Positions 57,311 through 64,000 of a DNA stretch of 64,000 nt are shown one piece after another; positions within the stretch are counted from its first letter, which is position 1; the number at the start of each line of letters is the position of its first letter. The stretch is from an uncultured Streptococcus sp. Lineage in GTDB: Bacteria; Bacillota; Bacilli; Lactobacillales; Streptococcaceae. Below the pieces are notes generated by a model, which saw only the letters and a list, made by a program, of their open reading frames with translations, had not been told where the DNA came from and made no database searches. The stretch is from positions 2,421 through 66,420 of the forward strand of contig CAUULS010000011.1 of NCBI GenBank assembly GCA_963546055.1, in the 5' to 3' direction. A program made the position numbers and the translations under genes.

Positions 57311-58321
57311 ATGTCATTTTTATCAAAAAATGGAGCAGGAATCTTGGCCTGCCTTCTCATTTCAATCATTTCTTGGTTTCTGGGAGGATTTTTCCCGGTC
57401 GTGGGCGCACCTGTCTTTGCTATTTTTGCGGGAATGCTCCTACATCCCTTTCTCTCGTCCTATAAACAACTGGATGCTGGATTAACCTTTAGTTCTAAAA
57501 AATTGCTCCAATATGCCGTTATTTTGCTTGGTTTTGGTCTCAATATCTCGCAAGTATTCGCGGTTGGGCAATCTTCGCTCCCTGTCATCCTGTCCACCAT
57601 TTCAATAGCTTTGATTGTCGCCTACCTCTTCCAGCGCTTTTTTGCTTTGGATACAAAACTGGCTACCTTGATTGGAGTGGGCTCTTCTATCTGTGGTGGT
57701 TCTGCCATTGCTGCGACAGCACCCGTTATTCATGCCAAAGAAAAAGAAGTAGCCCAAGCCATTTCCGTTATCTTTTTCTTCAATGTCTTTGCTGCGCTCA
57801 TCTTTCCAACTCTAGGAACCTGGCTACATCTATCCAATGACGGCTTCGCTCTCTTTGCAGGAACTGCGGTCAATGATACTTCCTCTGTAACGGCCACCGC
57901 CAGCTCCTGGGACAGCCTTTACCAGACCAATACCCTTGAGTCTGCAACCATTGTTAAACTGACGCGCACCTTAGCGATCATTCCCATCACTCTCTTTCTC
58001 TCCTACTGGCAAAGTCGTCAGCAAAAAAATAGCCAAGGTTTCCAACTAAAAAAGGTCTTTCCACTTTTTATCCTTTACTTTATCTTGGCTTCTCTCTTAA
58101 CGACTCTCCTTACCTCTCTTGGTGTGTCTAGCAGTTTCTTCACCCCTCTTAAACAGCTCTCTAAATTCCTCATCGTCATGGCCATGAGCGCCATCGGTCT
58201 CAAAACCAATCTCATTGGATTGATCAAATCCAGCGGCAAGTCCATTCTTCTTGGAGCCCTTTGCTGGATTGCCATCATCCTCACCAGTCTTGGCATGCAA
58301 GCATTGATTGGTACTTTATAA
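57311..58321 (+). CDS. YeiH-family membrane protein (putative sulfate exporter family)
   Basis: Multi-[24 protein letters not shown] and VKLTRT motifs. Confidence 0.88.
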   Translation: MSFLSKNGAGILACLLISIISWFLGGFFPVVGAPVFAIFAGMLLHPFLSSYKQLDAGLTFSSKKLLQYAVILLGFGLNISQVFAVGQSSLPVILSTISIALIVAYLFQRFFALDTKLATLIGVGSSICGGSAIAATAPVIHAKEKEVAQAISVIFFFNVFAALIFPTLGTWLHLSNDGFALFAGTAVNDTSSVTATASSWDSLYQTNTLESATIVKLTRTLAIIPITLFLSYWQSRQQKNSQGFQLKKVFPLFILYFILASLLTTLLTSLGVSSSFFTPLKQLSKFLIVMAMSAIGLKTNLIGLIKSSGKSILLGALCWIAIILTSLGMQALIGTL

Positions 58322-58324
58322 TAC

Positions 58325-58351
58325 AAAAAGGTAGCCTACTGGCTACCTTTT
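58325..58351. terminator. Bidirectional terminator
   Basis: AAAAGGTAGCC-TACT-GGCTACCTTTT. Confidence 0.8.
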
Positions 58352-58787
58352 ATTGTTCAAGAATTAAGCGTGTATGTTCTCTCTTGATACAGCGATTCAT
58401 CACGATGTCATCGCATCCTCCAGCACGCAAGATTTTTTCTGCTTCTAGACTTTCAAGTCCTAGTTGTGCCCAAAAAATCTTGGCATCAGCCTTGAGAAAA
58501 TCACGCGCCACATCTGGCAGAAACTCGCTGCGACGGTAAACATTGACAATATCTACAGGAAAAGGAATCTCAGCTAGATTCGCATAAGCCTTTTCTCCCA
58601 AAATTTCACCACCTGCAGCCTTGGGATTAACTGGAATGATTTTATATCCTCTAGCCTGCATCTCCTTAGTCACTCGATTGCTAGTTGTTTCTTCACGATC
58701 AGACAAACCCACTACCGCTAACGTTTTACTGGTCGCCAGATACTGACGGACCACACCATCGCTTGGATTGATAAATTCTTGGCTCAT
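58350..58787 (-). CDS. CoA-binding protein
   Basis: AVVGLSD, IIPVNP, VDIVNVYR and WAQLG motifs. Confidence 0.88.
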   Translation of the reverse strand: MSQEFINPSDGVVRQYLATSKTLAVVGLSDREETTSNRVTKEMQARGYKIIPVNPKAAGGEILGEKAYANLAEIPFPVDIVNVYRRSEFLPDVARDFLKADAKIFWAQLGLESLEAEKILRAGGCDDIVMNRCIKREHTRLILEQ

Positions 58788-58906
58788 AGAAATCCTCCTT
58801 TTTCATCAGTATAGCATATTATGAAAGGGTTTGCAGATTTTGACTACAAAAATCTCCCAGCAAGAAAAGAAACCTGCTAGGAGAACTATCTATTTTAAGT
58901 GAAGGA

Positions 58907-59875
58907 TTAAATCTTTTTCTCAATACAAAATAGAGGAGAAAGAGGGCGTTTTTCATGGATACGCACGATGGCATCTCCTAAGAGGTGGGCAATCGAGATT
59001 TGTTCAATCTTATCAATCAAACGGTCTTCTGGTAGATAGATGGTATCCAAAACAACCAATTTTTTAATAGCTGATTTTTGGATATTGTCCATAGCTGGCC
59101 CCGAAAGAACTGGGTGCGTACAACTTGCGTAAACTTCAACGGCACCTGCTTCAGCAAGAGCATCCGCCGCATGGCAAATAGTTCCAGCTGTATCGATCAT
59201 ATCGTCAATCAAGATACAGGTCTTACCTTCTACCTTACCGATAATGTTCATCACTTCACTGGTATTCATCTTGTCTACACTACGGCGTTTGTCAATAATC
59301 GCAATCGGAGTTTTCAAAAACTCTGCCAATTTACGAGCACGAGTCACCCCACCATGGTCTGGACTGACAACCACATAGTCAGAACCAACCATCCCACGAC
59401 GTTCAAAATAGTCCGCGATTAGTGGAGCACCCATCAAGTGATCAACTGGAATATCAAAGAATCCCTGAATCTGTGCCGCATGCAAATCAATCGTCAACAA
59501 ACGATCTACTCCAGCAACTTCTAGCATGTTTGCAACGAGTTTTGCAGTAATTGGCTCACGAGCTCGCGCTTTTCTATCCTGACGTGCATAGCCATAGTAA
59601 GGCATAACAACATTGACAGATTCTGCACTAGCACGCTTCAAGGCGTCCACCATGATCAAAATTTCGAGCAGATTGTCATTTACAGGTGAGCTCGTTGATT
59701 GTAGGATAAAGACGTGTTTCCCACGGATTGATTCTTCGATATTGACCTGAATCTCCCCATCTGAAAATTGGCGAACAGTCGATTTCCCCAACTCTATCCC
59801 AATCTCTTGCGCCACACGCTCTGCCAATTCTCTATTAGAAGAAAGGGCAAACAGCTTTAAATCAGAAAAAGACAT
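58907..59875 (-). CDS. prs: Ribose-phosphate pyrophosphokinase
   Basis: [23 protein letters not shown] and DDMIDTAGT motifs. Confidence 0.97.
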   Translation of the reverse strand: MSFSDLKLFALSSNRELAERVAQEIGIELGKSTVRQFSDGEIQVNIEESIRGKHVFILQSTSSPVNDNLLEILIMVDALKRASAESVNVVMPYYGYARQDRKARAREPITAKLVANMLEVAGVDRLLTIDLHAAQIQGFFDIPVDHLMGAPLIADYFERRGMVGSDYVVVSPDHGGVTRARKLAEFLKTPIAIIDKRRSVDKMNTSEVMNIIGKVEGKTCILIDDMIDTAGTICHAADALAEAGAVEVYASCTHPVLSGPAMDNIQKSAIKKLVVLDTIYLPEDRLIDKIEQISIAHLLGDAIVRIHEKRPLSPLFCIEKKI

Positions 59876-60088
59876 GATTTCCTCCGGTATTTATGTATCA
59901 CTTGTTTTTTACACAACATTTTCCATCTACCATTGTAGCGCTTTTTCCTTTATTTTTCAATCAAAAATAAAACAAGGGCAAACATTTATACCCTTGTTTT
60001 TACTATTTTATATTAGCCATATTAAAATTAAAATCACTACATTTTAACAATCGATTTTATGCTAGGATGAAATTTTTTCGAGACAAAG

Positions 60089-60583
60089 TTAGTATACTTC
60101 TCTCATACTTCCTGTATCCACATCATAGACAGCACCTGAAATAACCACATCATCAGGAATCAGTGGAGATTCTCGAAGCAACTGCATATCCTCTCTCACA
60201 CTCTCTTCAACATCCTGAAATGGTAAAAAATCTTGACCAGACACATCAACTCCGAGTTCGTACTTCAAATGCTCTTGAAAAGACTCATTTTCAAAAGTCT
60301 GAGCACCACAGTCTGTATGGTGAAGCACCACGATTTCTCTTGTCCCCATTTGTTGCTGGGAGATCACCAGCGAACGAATCATGTCCTCTGTTACTCTACC
60401 ACCCGCATTCCGCAGGATATGGGCATCCCCAAGTGCCAAACCTAGAGCTTGCGCGACGTGTAGCCGTGAATCCATGCAGGTCACAATTGCTACTCTAGTT
60501 TTCGGCTTAAGTGGCAGATTTAATTTCCCATGAAGGGCAACATAAGCCTGATTGGCTTGCATAAACTGTTCAAAATACGACAC
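60089..60583 (-). CDS. Beta-class carbonic anhydrase
   Basis: CMDSR, RNAGG and HHTDCG zinc ligands; GTG start at 60583 after GGGGGA. Confidence 0.92.
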   Translation of the reverse strand: MSYFEQFMQANQAYVALHGKLNLPLKPKTRVAIVTCMDSRLHVAQALGLALGDAHILRNAGGRVTEDMIRSLVISQQQMGTREIVVLHHTDCGAQTFENESFQEHLKYELGVDVSGQDFLPFQDVEESVREDMQLLRESPLIPDDVVISGAVYDVDTGSMREVY

Positions 60584-60655
60584 GATTTCCCCCTTAAAAA
60601 TTTGATAACCAAATATTTCTCCTATCTTATCATTTTTAAGAGGATTTGTCACGGA

Positions 60656-62017
60656 TTATGCAAAGACCTTTTTCAAAACTTCCTGAATAGTCGTCACTCC
60701 AATCACCTGAATTTCTTGAGGTGGAGTAATTCCTGTCAAGGAATTCTTAGGTACATAAATCTTAGTAAAACCCAGTTTAGCAGCTTCATTGATGCGCTGT
60801 TCGATACGATTCACGCGTCGAATTTCTCCAGTCAAGCCTAGCTCTCCAACAAAGCATTCCTGAGGATTGGTTGGCTTGTCCTTGTAACTAGAGGCAATAG
60901 CAACTGCAACGGCTAAATCAATAGCAGGTTCATCTAATTTTACACCACCGGCAGATTTGAGATAGGCATCCTGATTTTGCAAGAGCAGCCCTGCACGTTT
61001 TTCCAAAACAGCCATAATCAAACTCGCACGATTAAAATCAAGCCCTGTCGTCGTGCGCTTGGCATTCCCAAACATAGTCGGTGTCACCAAGGCTTGAACC
61101 TCCGCCAAAATCGGACGCGTCCCTTCCATGGTCACAACGATGGAGGAACCAGTCGCCCCGTCCAAACGCTCTTCTAGGAAAACTTGACTCGGATTGAGCA
61201 CCTCAACCAATCCACCTGACTGCATCTCAAAGATGCCAATCTCGTTAGTGGAGCCAAAACGGTTTTTGACTGCCCTCAAGATACGGAAGGTATGGTGACG
61301 CTCCCCTTCAAAGTATAGCACTGTATCCACCATATGCTCCAACATACGCGGACCAGCCAAGGTACCCTCCTTGGTCACATGCCCTACGATAAAGATGGCA
61401 ATATTATTGGTCTTGGCCAACTGCATGAGCTCAGCTGTCACCTCACGCACCTGAGAAACAGACCCCTGCACCCCCGAAATCTCAGGAGACATAATAGTCT
61501 GGATGGAATCAATGATGAGAAAGTCTGGTTGGATGCGCTCCACCTCTGCACGAACACTCTGCATATTGGTCTCTGCATAGAGATAAAACTCGCTATCAAT
61601 ATCCCCCAAGCGCTCTGCTCGTAGCTTAATCTGCTGGGCAGACTCCTCCCCACTGACGTAGAGAACCGTACCCACTTGAGACAGCTGGGTTGAAACTTGT
61701 AGGAGAAGAGTTGATTTCCCGATTCCAGGATCGCCCCCGATAAGAACGAGACTTCCTGGTACCACCCCTCCACCAAGCACACGGTTAAATTCCTCCATCT
61801 CGGTCTTGGTTCGATTGACATTGATAGAAGTTACTTCAGCCAGTTTCATAGGCTTGGTTTTTTCACCTGTCAAGGACACACGCGCATTTTTGACCTCTGC
61901 AACCTCAACTTCTTCTACAAAAGAAGACCAGGCCCCACAGTTGGGACAGCGCCCTAGATACTTAGGTGAATTATATTCACAATTTTGACACACAAATGTC
62001 GCTTTTTTCTTTGCGAT
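60656..62017 (-). CDS. radA: DNA repair protein RadA/Sms (probable ATC start)
   Basis: CQNC..CPNC zinc finger, [13 protein letters not shown]; frame extends upstream to AKKKATFVC after an AGAGG RBS. Confidence 0.95.
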   Translation of the reverse strand: MAKKKATFVCQNCEYNSPKYLGRCPNCGAWSSFVEEVEVAEVKNARVSLTGEKTKPMKLAEVTSINVNRTKTEMEEFNRVLGGGVVPGSLVLIGGDPGIGKSTLLLQVSTQLSQVGTVLYVSGEESAQQIKLRAERLGDIDSEFYLYAETNMQSVRAEVERIQPDFLIIDSIQTIMSPEISGVQGSVSQVREVTAELMQLAKTNNIAIFIVGHVTKEGTLAGPRMLEHMVDTVLYFEGERHHTFRILRAVKNRFGSTNEIGIFEMQSGGLVEVLNPSQVFLEERLDGATGSSIVVTMEGTRPILAEVQALVTPTMFGNAKRTTTGLDFNRASLIMAVLEKRAGLLLQNQDAYLKSAGGVKLDEPAIDLAVAVAIASSYKDKPTNPQECFVGELGLTGEIRRVNRIEQRINEAAKLGFTKIYVPKNSLTGITPPQEIQVIGVTTIQEVLKKVFA

Positions 62018-62030
62018 GATAAACCTCTTT

Positions 62031-62546
62031 CTAAATTTCTATCTCACATTCAATCACTTGGCAAAAATCAATCTTCTCATCTGGTACAAATTGGCGCATG
62101 AGCATTCGATGAGCGACAACTACCACAGTCTGATGATCTCGATACTTAGCCATAGATTCGAGAAAGCGAGCTCCCATCTCCTCAGCTGTCTCATATTGAA
62201 TAGGACTATCTGGAAGTAACTTCCCATTATTTTCTAAAAACAGAGTACGTGCTTTTTCAAAATTCTCTATACCACTTTCGTAAACCTGCCATTCGTGTAA
62301 CAAAGGCTCCACCCTCAAAGAAAGGCCTGTAGCACAAGATACATAAAAAGCCGTTTCTAATGCTCGCGTCACTGCTGAAGTTACTAGCAAATCAGCTGAT
62401 TGTAGCAAGGGATTTTGGCAAAGTTCCTGAGCTTGTTGCCGTCCTTCCTTAGATAAAGGGGCTAAATCCATCCCAAAACCTGTATAAGAACGTTCCTCTA
62501 ATTCACGATAATCTGGCTCCCCATGACGCACAAAGATAATCTTCAT
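62031..62546 (-). CDS. Histidine phosphatase (phosphoglycerate mutase family)
   Basis: FVRHG, LHE and VVAH motifs. Confidence 0.9.
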   Translation of the reverse strand: MKIIFVRHGEPDYRELEERSYTGFGMDLAPLSKEGRQQAQELCQNPLLQSADLLVTSAVTRALETAFYVSCATGLSLRVEPLLHEWQVYESGIENFEKARTLFLENNGKLLPDSPIQYETAEEMGARFLESMAKYRDHQTVVVVAHRMLMRQFVPDEKIDFCQVIECEIEI

Positions 62547-62547
62547 C

Positions 62548-62991
62548 TTAATGCCCAGTCGATCCAAATCCACCAGTACGAACTCCGTCTGCCTCATCCC
62601 CATCTGCAATTAAAAATGGTGCAAAGACAGCCTGAACCACACGTTCCCCAACTTCAAGAACCACTTCCTGATTGGTGATATTTTTCATCTGAGCAAAGAT
62701 ATGTCCCTCATTCCCGGGATTGCCATAATAATCCCCATCAATAACACCAACAGAGTTGATCAAGACTAGGCCCTTCTTACGAGGATTTGAAGAACGGTCA
62801 TAGAGATAGAGCACTTCTGTCGGCTGCATGTAAGCCTTGACACCTGTCGGAACGAGAACAATCTCTCCCGGAGCAATCACAGTGCGTTCCGCCACCTTTA
62901 AATCATAACCAGCTGCATGAGCCGTCTCACGCTTCGGTAGCAAATTTTCATCTGTAAAACTCGAAACCAATTCAAAACCACGAATTTTCAT
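62548..62991 (-). CDS. dut: dUTPase
   Basis: AAGYDL, RSS, GVIDGDY and GGFGSTG motifs. Confidence 0.96.
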   Translation of the reverse strand: MKIRGFELVSSFTDENLLPKRETAHAAGYDLKVAERTVIAPGEIVLVPTGVKAYMQPTEVLYLYDRSSNPRKKGLVLINSVGVIDGDYYGNPGNEGHIFAQMKNITNQEVVLEVGERVVQAVFAPFLIADGDEADGVRTGGFGSTGH

Positions 62992-63038
62992 ATTTTCTCT
63001 TTTCTATAATTATTTATTTTAGGCTATTTTATCTTATT

Positions 63039-63046
63039 TATTCGAA
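63039..63046 (-). promoter_or_regulatory. SigX/ComX box upstream of dut-radA
   Basis: TTCGAATA with T-rich 5' flank; dut-radA is a known late-competence operon in pneumococcus. Confidence 0.7.
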
Positions 63047-63057
63047 AAAAGCACGAA

Positions 63058-63136
63058 AAAAGAGCACACAATTCACACTCGCTTAGGGCTGCTGGATTCC
63101 TCCCCTGACCCGCTTCACGCAGAACTGTTGCTCCAC
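63058..63136 (-). ncRNA. ffs: Small SRP RNA (4.5S/scRNA)
   Basis: Domain IV CAGG-GGA-GGAA-TCC-AGCAG, closing GAGCA/TGCTC stem, extended -10 TGgTATAAT at 63142-63150. Ends are approximate. Confidence 0.88.
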
Positions 63137-63176
63137 TATCTATTATACCACATTCCCCTCCGTTTTGAAAGAGAAA

Positions 63177-63644
63177 TTATTTTTTCCGTCGATTTCGGAA
63201 AAAGTCCTGCATAATCGCTGCACACTCACTCTCCAAAACTCCCGTTTCGACCTCTACACGATGATTGAGACGCTCATCTGTCAAAATATCGTACAAACTT
63301 CCAGCTGCACCAAATTTCTGATTCTTAGCCCCGTAGACTACGTTTGGAATACGGGCAAGTCCAATAGCCCCACTACACATAACACACGGCTCAATGGTCA
63401 CAAAAAGAGTGCAATCCAGCAAGCGCCAGCTCTCCTCACTCAAGTTCGCATTCTCTATTGCCATAATTTCCGCATGCATAACTGCTCTCTGTAATTCCTC
63501 ACGCGCATTATGCCCCCTACCAATGATTTCTCCATCCTTGACAATCACACAACCAATTGGAATTTCATCGTGTTCTAAGGCAATCTCAGCCTCTCTCAAA
63601 GCCTCTCTCATAAAGGCTTCTTTTTCTTCAACTGTATAATTCAT
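63177..63644 (-). CDS. tadA: tRNA adenosine(34) deaminase
   Basis: EIPIG, HAE and EPCVMC motifs. Confidence 0.95.
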   Translation of the reverse strand: MNYTVEEKEAFMREALREAEIALEHDEIPIGCVIVKDGEIIGRGHNAREELQRAVMHAEIMAIENANLSEESWRLLDCTLFVTIEPCVMCSGAIGLARIPNVVYGAKNQKFGAAGSLYDILTDERLNHRVEVETGVLESECAAIMQDFFRNRRKK

Positions 63645-63699
63645 CGTTCTTCTCTTTTTCTACTTGTCGATTTTATTATTATATCATGATTCTCAACAC

Positions 63700-63799
63700 A
63701 AAAAAAGCCACCGAATGCGGTGACTTAATAGGGAGATTATTATGAAAAAGAAAAGTTTAGGATATTTGTTACAACAAGTTAGGAGGTCTTCTTGTAACT
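63700..63799 (-). ncRNA. ccnC: CiaR-dependent small RNA (csRNA3-like)
   Basis: 5' stem GTTACAA/TTGTAAC around CCTCCT, a CTTTTTCATAATAATCTCCCT stretch and a terminator; located downstream of purA. Confidence 0.88.
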
Positions 63800-63805
63800 G
63801 TCTAT

Positions 63806-63838
63806 AGTATACCCGACCTGTCTTAAACTAATCTTAAA
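63806..63838 (-). promoter_or_regulatory. CiaR box and -10 element
   Basis: TTTAAG-ATTAG-TTTAAG (63822-63838), 10 bp, TATACT (63806-63811). Confidence 0.9.
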
Positions 63839-63844
63839 AATCTC

Positions 63845-64000
63845 CTATGACCAAACACTTTCTAAAATATTAGTTTGTTCACGACCAGGACCTACTGAGA
63901 ATGTTGAGATGCGAACACCAACCAACTCGCTTACACGACGAACATAATTACGCGCATTTTCAGGAAGATCTTCTAAATTACGGACTCCAGTGATGTCTTC
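63845..64000 (-). CDS. purA: Adenylosuccinate synthetase, 3' end only
   Basis: [51 protein letters not shown]. Confidence 0.93.
   Translation of the reverse strand, partial: EDITGVRNLEDLPENARNYVRRVSELVGVRISTFSVGPGREQTNILESVWS

Overview
Chromosomal window from a mitis-group Streptococcus, probably S. oralis-like. It is largely syntenic with the pneumococcal purA-to-pavB region and most genes lie on the minus strand. From high to low coordinates: purA 3' end, a CiaR-dependent csRNA, tadA, SRP RNA, dut-phosphatase-radA-carbonic anhydrase, prs, aminotransferase-recO-plsX-acp, an AT-rich competence/bacteriocin cassette, comAB, the pur operon with inserted accessory genes (SUFU-like protein, PARIS-like ATPase + DUF4435 pair, two orphans), strH, the agaR/bgaC/PTS/agaS/lacD/galM locus, catE, relP plus a two-component system, cstR and a rhodanese-CoADR-rhodanese operon, a DUF4353-like lipoprotein, trkHA, and the 5' part of a SSURE-repeat adhesin. 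The most striking element is missed by the ORF track: three tandem ~124-bp units at 53590-53927. Each has a SigX-type box, an RBS and a 16-aa Trp/Lys-rich leaderless peptide, and they sit directly upstream of a CibAB-like double-glycine bacteriocin pair. Family assignments come from motif recognition and memory; no database searches were run.
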